A stretch of 64,000 nucleotides of DNA from Octopus vulgaris (lineage: Eukaryota). Below are positions 39,336 through 54,447 of this stretch, piece by piece. The number at the start of each line of letters is the position of its first letter. Position 1 is the stretch's first letter. The translations under genes were made by a program, and so were the position numbers. The notes below the pieces were generated by a model that did no database searches, was not told the DNA's origin, and was given only the letters and a program-made list of their open reading frames with translations. The stretch is from NCBI GenBank assembly GCA_951406725.2, contig OX597827.1, forward strand, positions 930,001 to 994,000, written 5' to 3'.

Positions 39336-39569
39336 CCCTTTGCCTATGTTGTGTGTCACATGTGGCACACAGGATGTATTTCTCTGGCATCCATGCATCA
39401 TATATGATACGCAATCCCATTTCTTTTTCAACCCACGGAATAATTTGAAATTCGTGAAAGAAAAACTTTATATCACTCAGAACATATGAAGCAAAGCCTA
39501 ACTAGAATTCTGAAAACAAGCATGGACGATTAGATCAAGCTTATGAAAATGCTTTGAACAAGGAAAGGG
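39336..39569. mobile_element. piggyBac-like MITE
   Basis: TTAA|CCCTTTGCCT ... AGGAAAGGG|TTAA. Confidence 0.65.
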
Positions 39570-40159
39570 TTAAGGTTTCTGTCTCACTGTTAACTATAGA
39601 CTGGTCTATGATGTTTGGTGCCTGTCTAAGTCGGTTCTGAAAAGCGTTCCTTCTGTTTTTTAATTTTATTCTTTAGGATTACTTGTGTTGAGTTTTCTCT
39701 ATGATTTTCCTTTTCCCTGTTATTTTCCTATGCGACAGACACCTGTTGCTTTCCTGAAGCACATTGCATAATATTTAATTCATCCTGTGATAAACTTCAA
39801 GTTCTTGTTTACGGGGTTGTTTTGCACTTTAAAATGTTACTCTGTTGGGTTTCGTGAGTTTCTTATTTTCAACGTAGCTTCATATACTTTCCTCAGTTCT
39901 TTTTCTAATTATCTCCTTATTTCCCCATCGGATACGGTTGCTTTTCCTTCCTACATTTTTGGAACATTTCTACTGCTTTTCATGTGCATTTATGACGGTA
40001 TTATAAACGGAATTTGGTATTTTTATCACGATCCCCAAATTTATGATGCTTCGGAGCGATTTTTATATTAACCATATCTAACGACCGCAACGTGGTAAGT
40101 TTTCTCCTGCCATAACTTATTCTAATTTTACTTTGATTTCTTATATACTCTCAAGTACA

Positions 40160-41232
40160 GTCTTTTTTTTTTTATTTCCGTAAAGGCAAGAAGGCTTTGT
40201 GAGGCTCACAAAGTGATATGTGAAGTTTATGGTGCTGATTGCTTAAAAGAACGTACATGCCAGAAATGGTTTTAAAAATTCCGTTCAGGAGATTTTTCAC
40301 TCAAAGATGACCAACATTCTAGTCGACCTACTGAAGTTGATGATGACCGAATCAAAGCCATAATTGAATCTGATTGTCATATAAGAGTGCGAGAGATTGC
40401 AGAGACTTTAAATGTATCACACACAACAATTAAAAACCACTTAATCTGTCTTGGACTTGGTTAAGTAGCTCGATATTTGGGTTCCACATAAATTGAAAGA
40501 GATTCACGTAACACAACGAATCATTATTTGCAGTATGCATCTCAAACGCAATGAAACCGACCTTTTTTTTTACGAATCATCACTGCTGAGGAAAAATGTA
40601 TTGTCTACAATAACATCAATCAAAAACGATCCTGGTCCGAGCGTAATGAACCAGCACAAACCACCTCGAAAGCTGAATTGCATAAAAAATGGTCATGCTG
40701 TCAATTTGGTGGGATTACAAAGGTGTTGTATATTTTGAGCTACTTAGAAGAAACCAAACGATCAATTTAGTTGTTTAATGTCAACAACTAATGAAACTAG
40801 ACAAAGCAATCAAAGAGAAACGTCCATAATTGGCAAATCGTAAAGGAATCATGTTCACCATGACAACGCTAGACCACACACGTCTTTGCTAACTCGTGAA
40901 AAATTATTGGAGCTTGGTTGGGAAGTGATGTCGGATCCTCCATATAACCCTGACCTTACAACATCAGCTTAGCATTTATTTCGAAGTTAGCAAAATTCTT
41001 TGAATGGTGAAACCTTCAATAGTGATGATGACCTGAAATTGCACATGCTTCAGTTTTTGGCTAAGGACCAGAAGTTCTATGAGCGCAGAATCATGAAGTT
41101 GCCATAGAGATGGCAAAAGGTAATCGAACAAAATGGAAAATATATAGCTGATTGAATTTCATTCTTTGTATGAAACAAAATGACTTTCATTTCACACTAA
41201 AAAACCGAAATTACATTCTTGATCTGACTATA
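40160..41232 (+). mobile_element. near full-length degenerate mariner transposase
   Basis: CEVYG...CQKWF*KFRSGDFSLKD...WVPH...HDNARPH...PPYNPDL; many stops and frameshifts. Confidence 0.9.
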
Positions 41233-41366
41233 TTTATATATATGTATATATTGATATACATATACATACATGTATATACACACACATATATAAGTGCATA
41301 TATCAATATATGTATACATATATGTATATATGTATAAATATGTATATACTCACACATATATGTATG

Positions 41367-41428
<62 letters not shown>

Positions 41429-42197
41429 CATATATGTATATCCATCTATCTCTATATATACATATACAAGTATATCTATATATGTATTATATATATATAT
41501 GTATATATGTATATATATAAATATATATATATACATCTATCTATCTATCTAACTGTACATACACACAAACATGTTTATCGGTTTTATTCCGGTTATATTT
41601 GTCCTATGGCCACTGCTTGACAACTGGTGTTGCTTTGTTTACGTCCTTGTAACTTACCGGTTCTGGTAAAGGAACCGATAAAATGAGTACCAGACTTTTA
41701 AAAATACTTAACTACTAGGAGTGGAGTCGATTTGTTCGACTAAAATTTTTTTCAAGGCTGTGCCGCCCCTTATTTGACTGTATGGAAAGGGAATCTCTTT
41801 GTGATTTGCGTTAATGGCACCCGTGTCTGTGGAGTGTTCAGCTACTTGCACATTAATATCACGAGTGGGCTGTTCCGTTGATCAACTGGAACCCTCATCG
41901 CCGTAACCGACGGAATACCATAGGCACTTGGACTCAGGAGTCATCCAATAAACTGCTGATGGTGCGCTATTCTGTTGAGCGTTTTAGATATATCCATCAT
42001 TTTGTTCCCATGTTTTGATGTTGAATACTAACATCGTCAAGGAATACCCAATGTGTCTAGACAAGGAAGTTCGATGTTTCTAGATGAAAGAGGATTCGAA
42101 GTTCCTGAATGCAGATTACCTCAGCACATTGCTCTTCTGCCCATCTAATGATATCCATTTTAGACAACAAACTCAGAGTTTCACTGTAAACGTTTAA

Positions 42198-42418
42198 CCC
42201 ATTAGCGTTTAAATCAGACATATCTTGCCCCAATATTCTACCTGTTTTATGTTCAAACCAGCCAGACCTTGCCCCTCACATCTACCGTACAGTGTCGCTA
42301 TAAAAATAACCAAACTCCACCATTAAAATCTTGAAGCTATGAGATAATGCCTGATTAATTCAAAACAATGTAAATAAATATGTATTACATTTGACAGAAT
42401 AATCTAAATGCTAAGGAG
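42198..42418. mobile_element. piggyBac-like MITE
   Basis: TTAA|CCCATTAGCGTTTA ... TAAATGCTAAGGAG|TTAA. Confidence 0.65.
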
Positions 42419-42801
42419 TTAAATTTAAAATGCCATTTTACATTTTAACAGCTTCTAGCTAGTCGTTTCAGTTTAGTCAAGTTGTATAAAGAGGAAAAAG
42501 TCTCTTGCATACTTATCCGCGCGTATAGGGATACAGGTTGCTTCGATCGTTTGAGAATTGCCGTTTAGATTTTACTTGTTACTTCAAAATGACAGATGGT
42601 GGCAAAACCTGGAAGTCCCCACAATGTTCAACTACTTAGAATGTTTAATTCATTCCAGTGGAGTTAATAGAAATTGGTTATCATTTCCTATGGATTAGTG
42701 AGAAGATACCAGTTTATCACTCACCGTTTCCACCACAAGAGTCCTGCTTCGAGCTCCTTGAATTTTTAATCACTGAGGTTTACTCTTTAATCATGAGTAA
42801 A

Positions 42802-42904
<103 letters not shown>

Positions 42905-43335
42905 TAGAGAATGTCACTCCGATATAAAACCAGATATGCTGGGAGTAGCATTGAACATCTTGGGATATTTTGCTTACGCTTAAGATTTTGGCGCTCACAC
43001 ATTCCTGAGCCTGCGACCCGTATTGACACTGGTTATCTTGTTCTGGCCAAGCTGCAGCTCGTGTCGGTAGAGTAAAGAGAGTCTGTGAGGTATTGGGCAA
43101 GCCTCACTGGATCTAAAATTTTAGGCTGCGTAGTCACCGGCGAGGCGACTTACCAATGCCCGGTCGAATAGGAGGGCTCCGCGGCGAACGGGGAAGCCGG
43201 GGGGGGGGAGAACACGAGTGAAACCGACCGCCGGTACGTTAGCCTCATGCACAAATATTGCAGGCATTTTGCATGGGTTGTGATCAGTGCCGGTCTTCCT
43301 CGATCACTAGTGGACAGCCATAGGCATGTATGTGG
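42905..43335 (+). mobile_element. GC-rich segment, possibly a LINE (RTE-type) 5' UTR remnant
   Basis: GC/CpG-rich block after (CA)n with the hairpin GTGAGG..CCTCAC; assignment from recalled resemblance only. Confidence 0.3.
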
Positions 43336-43793
43336 ATGTGTGGATGTCTGATGGGTTATTTACCAAGCAGTTCGATAAGCCTTCAAATAAAATCAAAATT
43401 TTCTATCAAAACAAATTTTGTAATTCATTTCCTGATCAATAAATGTTTTTTTATTGTTGTTATTGTTGTAGACATCAAATTCTTGATAAAGAAAAACAAA
43501 AAAATAAAATAACACACACACACACACACATATGCATATGTGTCTTCGTACATACATGTTTACATATATACATACCTATCTAGATAACTGCAAACCTGCT
43601 TACTTACATACGCACATACGTACAAAAATGTATATATATATATATGTATGTATGTATGTAGGTATGTATTTATGTATGTATATACATAAATATATTTCTG
43701 CCTGAATATGTGTACCATATTCAGGCAGAAATACACTAAACACGCAAATATAAACATATATACATGTATGTTTGTATGTATGTATGTACGTAT

Positions 43794-43883
<90 letters not shown>

Positions 43884-43907
43884 TGTGTATGTATGTGTGT
43901 GTATATA

Positions 43908-43943
<36 letters not shown>

Positions 43944-44329
43944 TGTATGTATGTATGTATGTATATATATATATATATATATGCGTACACACACACATAC
44001 ATATCCTAGGCTAGACGGAATTTTTGATTGACTTCGATTATTTCAAAAAGAATCCATACTATCGAATATCACAGTTGATACTCTACATAACATTATTAAA
44101 TTTAGGAGCAGTTCTCGACTTATTTCTCACCCAAAATGCCATCAATAAGCTTTCTCCACATCAATTATTGCAAAATTCAAACGAATGTAATTGGCATTGA
44201 ATATTTGCTGCTCATTATCGAAGTTGTTGGAGAACAGGATGAAAAAAAACAAACAAACAAACTTGTACTTGTGTTTATAAAGGTAATCAATTATTCAGTT
44301 CTTCAGCACATGGAAGGAAATACGTGTGT

Positions 44330-44378
<49 letters not shown>

Positions 44379-44476
44379 TGACATATACATGTACGTACAT
44401 AGATATGTGTATATACTGTACATATATATATGCTGCGCAGCACATATAATGGCTGTGTGTGTGTGTGTACGTGTGT

Positions 44477-44538
<62 letters not shown>

Positions 44539-44543
44539 TATAT

Positions 44544-44582
<39 letters not shown>

Positions 44583-44732
44583 TGACAATCATGTAGTAAT
44601 GTAAGTATATATGTTATATTACATTATAATATATATATATATTTAGTATACATATCATAGTATATTTATAATATAATTATATATATATATTATTATAGTT
44701 TATAATATATATATATATTATATATATAATAT

Positions 44733-44766
<34 letters not shown>

Positions 44767-44800
44767 CTTTTATATATTATTTTAATTATAGATAGATAGA

Positions 44801-44840
<40 letters not shown>

Positions 44841-44894
44841 GTTATATTCATATATATGTATACATGAATATCTATATATGTATGTAAGTCTGCG

Positions 44895-44925
<31 letters not shown>

Positions 44926-44959
44926 TATCTGTATGATATCGCTACATTATCTGTATGAT

Positions 44960-45365
44960 GTGGAAAATATTCCATCAGCACTGACAAATGATGCTGGTAT
45001 CACCTTCAAAATACATCCAAGACTTGGACCCCGTGCCATCCGTCCACAACAAAAATCTAAATCGCATCTCATAACAACAATACGGCACAATTATTTCACC
45101 TCAATTGGACCCGCTCTCTTCAACATTACACCAGGACACGTCAAAACAGAAACTGACCACACAAAATTCAAGAAGTCTTTGGACAAATTCCTTCAAACAG
45201 TCCCGGACAAATCACACACACCCGGATATGTCTCCGCAAACAATAACTCTCTGCTCGAATGGGCCTTGGTGCCCAAATCCTGAATTGAAAGACTTCGCCA
45301 GGTGGTGCTATTAAGTTAGACATGGCCTGGGCCAATACTGGCCAAAACCTTTCTAAATTATTCAA
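44960..45365 (+). mobile_element. CR1-group LINE 3' fragment
   Basis: HPRLGPRA...FTSIGPALFNITP...KFKKSLDKFLQTVPD...NNSLLEW. Confidence 0.75.
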
Positions 45366-45367
45366 AG

Positions 45368-45403
<36 letters not shown>

Positions 45404-45473
45404 TGTGTGTGTATGTGTGTGTGTGTGTGTGTGTGTGTAACTATGTGAATGTATGTATATATATGTATATGTG

Positions 45474-45555
<82 letters not shown>

Positions 45556-46161
45556 TATACATATATATACATACATACAGTTAGACATACATATATTCAC
45601 ATAGTTACACACACACACACAGAGTTTGTGTATTTATATTCCAAGGCCCTTAACCAGATAACTAAAAGCCATGTTTTGAAAGTGATATCGCTGTATACCC
45701 GGATCGTCATTTTGCCAATAACACACACACACTGGCTGTATTCCACTTTTTAATGTTAATTATTTAACTAATTTACAATAAACCTTGTAACTCCTGTATG
45801 CATGGTGAGCTTTTATGTGAAGAATGACCCCACTAATATACAATCACACATGTACGCATACGTTCAAGCACACGCATACAAACACCTACACATACACACA
45901 CATATGCACGTATACATACATATGGTACTTGTACACGGTTGAGTGGTTAAGAAGCTCGCTTTGTAGTCACAGTGCTTCGAGTCTAGTCCTACTGCACGCT
46001 ACCTTCAGCAAATGCCTTCTACTATAGCCTTGGGCTGAACAATTGTGAGTGAGTTTAGTCGACCGAAACTGCGAGGAAGCTCGTCGTGAGTGTGTGTGTG
46101 TGAGTGTGTGTGTGTGCGTGTGTGCGTGCGTGTATATATATATATACTCGAAGCTGTGTGG

Positions 46162-46280
46162 TTGTGAAGCAATATCACTTTCAAAACACCGGTTCTCGTC
46201 CGATCACCGAAGTTAAGCAACGTCGAGCCTAGTTAGTACATAGATGGGTGACCGCTTGGGAAACTTAGGTACTGTAAACG
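46162..46280 (+). pseudogene. 5S rRNA-like copy, probably a pseudogene
   Basis: ATATCAC..AAAACACCGGTTCTCGTCCGATCACCGAAGTTAAGCAACGTCGAGCCTAGTTAGTAC..GATGGGTGACCGCTTGGGAA; first 10 nt diverged, no T4 terminator, not in an array. Confidence 0.85.
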
Positions 46281-46293
46281 TCTTTCTATCCTA

Positions 46294-46702
46294 GGCGCAG
46301 GATATATATATATATATATATACACACACAGGGTGCAGGAGTGGCTGTGTGGTAAGTAGCTTGCTTGCCGACCACATGATTTCGGGTTCATTCCCACTGT
46401 GTGGCACCTTGGGCAAGTGTCTTCTACTATAGCCTCGGGCCGACCAAGAAAGAAGCCCGTCGTAAACATACATATATATGTATGTATGTGTGTGTTATGT
46501 TTGTGTGTCTGTATTTGTCCCCCAACATCGCTTGACAACCGATGGTGGTGTGTTTACGTCCCCGTAACTTAGCGGTTCGTCAAAAGAGTCAGATAGAATA
46601 AGTACTAGGCAATACAAAGAATAAGTTCTGGGGTCGATTTCCTCGACTAAAGGCGGTGCTCCAGCATGGCCACAGTCAAATGACTGAAACAAGTAAAAGA
46701 GA
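46294..46702 (+). mobile_element. SINE family B
   Basis: Head, core and 3' module match 14035-14485. Confidence 0.85.
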
Positions 46703-46722
46703 AAGCGAAAGAGAGACATACA

Positions 46723-46756
<34 letters not shown>

Positions 46757-47143
46757 CATTCATACATACATACATACATATATATTGCTGATAGTATTCA
46801 CCGCTGCTCACAATGCACTTCCTGGCATTGTTTGAATGATGGCCCTCGCTGGCTAGGCGCATACCAACGTTGCCTCTGAATTGACCGCCAGTCCTTTGCA
46901 GTGTTCCTCATTTACTGCTGAGTGGAGTGAACCAACGTATACTAAATGTTTTACTTAAGAAAACAACATATTGCCGCCCTGGAAATCGAAACCATGAACT
47001 TACGTGTTACACCTTAACCACTAGTTCACGTGCTTTCATAGATACCCCATAATTATATAAGTACATATGAATATTAACACACACACTCTCTCACATACAC
47101 ACATACATACGTATATACATACATGATGTGTGTGTGTGTGAAT

Positions 47144-47184
<41 letters not shown>

Positions 47185-47548
47185 TGTATTCACATCTAAT
47201 AGCTGATTATTCAAACATTCCGCTTAACTGAATCCCACGTCTGTAGACATATGTGTCTTGCAAAGCTGTATACAACAGATTTTATAGAGCTACAAACACA
47301 TAATAAGTGAGACCAGTATTACAAATCGATAGCAATAATATAACACTGTGTACGTGGAAGAAGAGAGAGAGAGAGAGGGAGGGAGGTGGTGAATGAGTTG
47401 GGGGTGGCGGAAGTGGGCGGGTAGGGTGGATTTTTACGAGGAGGAGGAGGAGTAGAAGGAAGATGAAGGAGGAGAAAAAAACAAATAAAACTGAACGAGA
47501 ATTAAGTACAAATTGTAATAAATGTGAAGATGGTGCGTGTGTCTGAGT

Positions 47549-47596
<48 letters not shown>

Positions 47597-49834
47597 CTGT
47601 GTGTGTAAGTGTGTATGTAAGCATATATATGTGTGAATGTGAAAGCGTATGTTATATACACACACACACATATATACTTGTAATTATGTGTGTGTGTGTG
47701 GGGGGGGGGTGTCTACATGATATACTTGAATCTATAAAGGTTAATTTAATTCGTATAACCAACGCGTTTATTGAAGGAGAGTTCTCAATAACTAATTAGA
47801 GATTAGTCCGGGGCTACAACTAATAGTGACGTAAATAGGTAAGCAGTCATAGGTAAAGAAGGAATATGAAATATCTTGATATCAATAATATATTTTTTTC
47901 TTATGTATATGTGCATGTGTGTGTGTATGTGTGTGTGTATGTGTATGTGTGTACTTATATATTAATAAGTGATTTGGTGTGTATAAACACAGCAATCCAA
48001 GTGTAAAGATACATATGGTTTAATATAACAATTATTTTAATGAAGGAAAAGATAAGTCAAATTAATACTCCGTGCGTTTCGGTGAATGGCCGCAATTTAT
48101 TACAAGAATTCTACTATGTTATATAAGAAGCCTGAAGCCAGTCCACTTCGTCAGTCGTTTTGATTTTCATCTACGATTGACTTCTATTTCAAATGCTAGA
48201 TCAGCTGTAAATAAAGTTCATAATACATAAGGTTAAAGAACTCTTGGATTGAAAAAGTGGTACGAAGCTATCTGCACGACTCGAATCACAAATCCAATTT
48301 CTGGTTAGAGTATACAATTACTCCAAAGTAGTTTCCCGATTTTCAAACATCTAGATTAGACCCTCTAATCGTACAAACGCGAATGCAAGTTTGCTAACGC
48401 TTAGAATTTAAATATAAAGGATCGAAAAATCTGTTACGTTCGAAATGGAAACAAAGTTGCTTTCTCGTTTGTAATATTAATGAGTCTAATTTTGATGGAT
48501 AAAGTTCAAAGACTTACTCAGGTGCAATGGCATCAAAGCTTTCTTAGTTACAGGGAGGGCATGGTTGGAGTTCCGACAGTAGGTTTTAGCCTATTCCTGA
48601 TTCATTTTTTTCTTTTAACCCTATAAATTATGCGTTATTTATAACTGGATTGGTATTCGAGATACATCGTTTATAGAAGGCTATAAATGCTTCTATCTTT
48701 AGGTTTTATCATTAGGCTCTAGTTTTACTTCTGCGTTTTTTTCCCATGCGGATGTTATCTCTGGTTAATGTATTTTCTAGGCTATTCTAGCTTTACTACG
48801 ATTACTAGAGCACGTTATTGCAAAATCTAATTAATAATTCTCCCATCACGACTCCACCAACGAAGGTAAAAACTAAATATCCATGACGAGGTCATTATTA
48901 TACCGAAGCATGCTCCGAGTTGCCTCCCCTACTTAACGAACGAATCGAAATTATATTGAGTTGTAACATAGACAGAAGAAATGAGATTTCATGGGTGGAA
49001 TTACAGAGATTAAATCTACCTCCGTACCTAATTGATACGAGATGTTTTGTCACCACCGTTTTGGCTTCACGTATTTAGCGTCGTTAATTCAACGCTGGCT
49101 CATTTGACATCAGATGTTTTAATAATTCTCCCGTTCTGTCTCTCCCCCACCCTGTCGCTGTTTATGCATGTAAACATATTTCTCTTTATTCGTATGAGGA
49201 CAAGGTAATTGATTATGTTCAATCGTGCTTAATTAATAAATTGCTTTGATATTGTCTGTCTGTCTGTCTCTATCTCTATCTCTTTCTCTCACTCTCCTTA
49301 TGTGTATGTGGATATATCTACGCGAGCAAGCATGCGCACGTGTATGCTTGTGAATGTTTGTGTCTGTGTGTGTCTGTCTGCGTGCGTGCGTGTGCGTGTA
49401 TGTGTTTGCCTCCAACGCTAAACTCACTGACTGTCCAGTCAGCCGTGCCATATCCTCAGCGCCCAAACCGCTGCGCCATACCATCTCTTTATCTGATCGA
49501 CACTGAAAAGATGACAAGCCAAGTCGACTATGGTTGGGTTTGATCTCAGAACATATGCAGGACATCTAGTCCAACGCTCTACCAATACCCCCGATCTATC
49601 AACCTATTTATTCAAATATTAGTCGAGGACAAATATTTGTTTTTCCCCATAATGCTTAATTATATCAGCTTTAATTTTGTTTTGTTCTGCTTCTTGTTTT
49701 AAATATGTTAACATTAAATCAAAATATGTCAACAACATTTGGATTTTTAATGCACACAGATGAACAGCTATAGTTACTATATCGAGTCAGAAGGTTACAA
49801 CCTGTGCACTCGGGAATATCTGCTTTAATGTAAC

Positions 49835-49907
<73 letters not shown>

Positions 49908-50689
49908 GAGTCAAAATTAAAAGAAGAGTGCCATTGTTATCTAGCGAACGATATTTCGACATCTTGTGTGTCTTCAACTGGTTCAAAAAATAAATTGTCA
50001 ATCTACTTCATTTTGATAATAATAACAATAACGATGATGCTGATGATAGTATAGTAGTAATAGTAACAACAACAACAACGACAACAATAATAATAGTAAT
50101 AATGATGATGCTGATGAAAAAAGAACTGAAAATATGGTATTCTTTAGACGAACATTAGAAGACAATAAATCTTTTTTTTTTTTCGCTTTCATCCCCAGAA
50201 CTTGCCTCTTTGCAAAGAAAATGAGGCTTTCACGCTGCAACTCTTAGTAACTACTGGTAACCCAGCCATCATTCCCATCGCTGGTTTGAGAAAATTCCTG
50301 GAAGGTGTGGCACAGCAACGCTTCTAAGAAGTAACTTTCTCCCGATACAAATACACCAACATCATTAAATTGTCTTCATTTGTTTTAACTTTTTATTCTA
50401 ATTTGGAAAAAAAAAATTTAATGTGTTAGTTGCTATGTAAAATGGTCATCAAATAGCACAAAATTCTATACACTATTTTACCATTTTTCCCCGTACAGAA
50501 GAAGTGGTGTTGTTAGCAATTTCTATGACGAATTCTATGACTTTCTCAACTTTGCCTTTTTTCATTGCTTTCATTAATTGTGCTGACATCGGCAGAAAGT
50601 TGAACAAAAATCCATGGCAATAAACACACTCATTCCTTGACGACTTCAATTCATTCTCTGCGTTCTAATCTTTCATTTTTTTTTCTAAC

Positions 50690-50899
50690 TTTTTCAGTCA
50701 TTGGACTGTGGCCATGCTGGGGCACTGCCTTGAAGGGATTTTAGCCGAACAACTCAACCCCAGTTGTTATTTTTTGTCGGTCTTTTGATGAACCGCTAAG
50801 GTTACGAGGACGTAAACAAAACAACACCGTTTTTCAACAACCGTGTTGTGGAACAAATACAAACACAAGCACACACATACACACATATCTATCTATCTG

Positions 50900-50943
<44 letters not shown>

Positions 50944-51150
50944 CCTACCTACCTACCTATCTGTTTACCTATCTGTCTGTCTGTCTGTCTGTATGTATGT
51001 ATATGATGAGCTTCCACACAGTTTCCGCCTACCAAATTCATTCACAAAACATTGGTTGGCCTGGGGCTATAGTAGAAGACACTTGCCCAAAGTGCCGCGC
51101 AATGGGACTGAGCGCAAAGTCACGTGGTTGCAACTCTAGCTTCTTAACCG
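50690..51150 (-). mobile_element. SINE family B
   Basis: Reverse-complement similarity; internal (TCTA)n. Confidence 0.8.
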
Positions 51151-51284
51151 TGCAATTATCTCGGGTTTCGTAAAATACTTCACAAGATCAAATGATTGTT
51201 TCTCCATGAGACTATTGATAGAATTAGGCATATTTTGCTTTGTATATCCGTACTGTGAATATCCATAGTGTGAGTAAATACACA

Positions 51285-51327
<43 letters not shown>

Positions 51328-51332
51328 ACACA

Positions 51333-51386
<54 letters not shown>

Positions 51387-51747
51387 TATTTATATAATTT
51401 ATATTGTTTTTGGTGTTTATTTCATCGTGCAGAAGACAGAAACCGTTTCCTTTTTCTTTTTTTCGAGCAAAAACTCAAAGTCATTAATATGCATCCGTCA
51501 TGTGACCCATAAAGCAAAATACTTATTTTTAGTTCATTCTCTCACATCCACACCTCGGTTTCATATCATTGTAGATGGGGAAGCAAAATACAAGACACAA
51601 TTCTTCTGAAGTTTGCATTGGTTGCAGAGACCAATATCCCAAGTCCAAGTTAATAACATAGAGTACAATCATAGGGAGGAGGTGAAAAACTAGCGCAAAA
51701 GCACAGTAAGAACCATAGATCCTGTATATAAGTAAAAAATTATCCCA

Positions 51748-52357
51748 ACTTTCGCCATAACATATCTTTGTTATTGTAACGCAGTTTTCTGCGCATGCGT
51801 GCTTATAGTTGGTACTATTTTGGTCACGTGATTGAAGTTTGAGCCTGATCGCACAATTTTTCTTTCCGGCTTTACAGTGTAGGCATGGCTGCTTCACTAG
51901 CAGTGTGCACCAAAGAAGAACAAAGAGCAGTGATTCGATTTCTCTGGTCGGAAGGTGTGTCAGGTGTCGAAATTCATCGGTGACAGTGCACTGCCACGTA
52001 GAAGTGTGTATGAATGGATTGAGAAGTTTAAAAGTGGCCGGACAAGTGTGACGCACGAAGAGAGAGAGAGTATGATGCCCATCAACCTCCACCACTGACG
52101 ATAAGATTCAGCAAGCTCGAAAGATGGTAAGCTGGTGATGGTAAACCAGTTCACCATTACCATCTCTCGGATCACTTCTCTTTGTTCTTCTTTGGTGCAC
52201 ATTGCTTGTGGAGCGGCCGGGCTAACACTGTAAAGCCAGGAAGAAAAATGGCGCGATCAGGCTCAAACTGCTATCATGTGACCACAATGGTACTAACTAT
52301 AAGCACGCATGCGCAGAAGGCAGTGTGACAATAATAAATATATGTTATGGCGAAAGT
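51748..52357. mobile_element. mariner-derived fold-back element (two left ends inverted)
   Basis: Inverted arms of about 190 bp; MAASLAVCTKEEQRAVIRFLWSEG...SVYEWIEKFKSGRTSV on plus and CTKEEQREVIR on minus. Confidence 0.8.
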
Positions 52358-52479
52358 ACAAGACTAGTATTGTTCAGCGGTGGTAAAACTTGTATCATAG
52401 AACAAAATCAACAACAAGAATACAACGAACTTTTCGTGGAGAGTCAAAAATCCAATGTTTCAGATAGTCCTTGTTCCGG

Positions 52480-53420
52480 ATAAAAGTTGACAGGAATAAA
52501 ATTAAAAAGTGACTGCATCGTTTTACTTGCTCTAAGTTTCAACCAGTTTTTCTAACTTATCCTTAATTTGTAGGACGTATCATATCCCCTTTAACTTTCT
52601 GGGAAGTCAACCACATGCAAGGAAACATTGGAAGAGAATCTGCAGTGGTCTTCCTAGGGTCCCTTTGCATTTTTAAGTTGGATTACTTGGAATTCATCAG
52701 GACCAGTGACTGAGTATAAACTCAATTCATCAATGACCGATATTACACCAGTTTCCTCTAATTCAATGTAATTGTCATCCCTCCGTGTAGAGCTGTGGTG
52801 TCGAGGAACTCATCAGGCATATTTATTTGCCGGTGTCGCAACGGAGATGTGAAAACGTTTTTGTACGGCACATTAAGTATTCCTTTTATCTTTTGGGCGT
52901 CTGCAATCAGCGAACAATTTCCTTCGAACAGTGGCCTACCTTGTACTGTGCTGAAGTAGACTCTTCTGTAAATCTATAGAAGGTTTTAGGGTTGGTTTTT
53001 ACATTTTTTACGGCCTGCTTTTTTTTCTTCTACTCCCTCCTTTCCACGGGAATGTTTGAATTCTCAGTGTTTGTGTTACGATTTCTCAATCCTTTGCTGG
53101 CCCATTTAGAGGATTTGAGATCTTTGCTCGTCGTTTCATTAATGATTTTCGTATCTTTGGGAATTTTGTTTTTCAGTCGGTTTGACATTCTCTCTGGAGC
53201 AAACTTACTGCATGTTTTGCATAATTGTAATAAAGTGTTGTAGATTTATGTCGATAGAGAGATTCACAGACAAGTATTGCTCCAGGGACTGGTTTTCTGA
53301 ATACCATTCCAAAAGTTCAGGCTAGAAAGGATTTGGATGCACTTTTCTGTGGACCAAACATTGTTAGCTCTTCTAAGTTATGATCCGATGTTTGTGTCAC
53401 CTTAACATTAGGGATGAATG
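52480..53420 (-). mobile_element. degenerate CR1-group LINE ORF2 (linker to RT N-terminus)
   Basis: Minus: KNKIPKD...KTNPKTFYRF...IDELSLYSVTGPDEF. Confidence 0.65.
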
Positions 53421-53885
53421 TCGTGCTATTTGTGAAATAGAGGCCAGGGAACATTTTTACCCTTTGCTTTGTACTGCACTATTTGTTCCATAAAGAGCAT
53501 GTTGGTGAGATCAAGCGCGGAAACTCTCCCTGCTCTCTCTCTCTCTTCTTTCAGTAATTGTATATGTACATGCATACATACATACATACATATATACATA
53601 CATACATAGTATATACATACATACATACATACATACATACATACATACATACATACATACATAGTATATACATACATACATACATACATGATTTGAAAAA
53701 AATATATATATCTATATTATGTTTAATGTATATACACAGTTGATCGGCCAGTTACTGCATTATTTGTCCTGAGATAACATCTCTTATAGATCTTCTGAGT
53801 TAAAAACACAATAAATATCAGCGCGATCCCAGCCGCGCCCAGCGAAAGCGCCAGATTCACTTTGGCCTTGAAATATATATAAGCA

Positions 53886-54054
53886 GGCGCAGGCGTGGCT
53901 GGGTGGTAAGATGCTTGTTTCCCGACCACATGGTTCCAGGTTTAGTCCCACTGTGTGACACCTTGGGCAAGTGTGTTCTACTACACCCTCCGACCGACCG
54001 AAGCTTTAAGAGTAGATTTAGCAGACGGAAACTGAGAGAAGTCCATCGTATATC

Positions 54055-54127
<73 letters not shown>

Positions 54128-54420
54128 CATATATATATATATATACATATATATATATTAATATGTGTGTATATTTAGGTGTGTTTGTCTTTGTGCCTGT
54201 GTCTGTTACCCCACCACCACCACCAACACCATCGCTTGATAACCGATGTCGATATGTTTATGTCCCCGTAACTTAATGGTTCGGCAAAAGACCGTTAGAA
54301 TAAGTACTAGGTTTACGAAGAATGAGTCCCGGGCGTCGGTTTCTTCGACTAAAATCCCTTCAAAGTGGTGCTCCAGCATGGCCACAGTCAAATGACTGAA
54401 ACAAGCAAAAGAATACAAGA
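53886..54420 (+). mobile_element. SINE family B, full length
   Basis: Matches 14035-14485. Confidence 0.85.
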
Positions 54421-54447
54421 AAGTAGAATAACAAACCAAACAGTAAC

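Noticed and set aside
39213-39431. Minus ORF with CxxH as a hAT transposase
   Set aside because: The motif lies inside the left end of a TTAA-flanked MITE, so the frame is a chimera
39590-40040. Possible LINE RT N-terminus on the minus strand
   Set aside because: Too degenerate to support from motifs alone
43040-43135. HDV-like ribozyme in the GC-rich block
   Set aside because: Only a P4-like hairpin and a possible P2 were found; I could not build P1, P3 or P1.1
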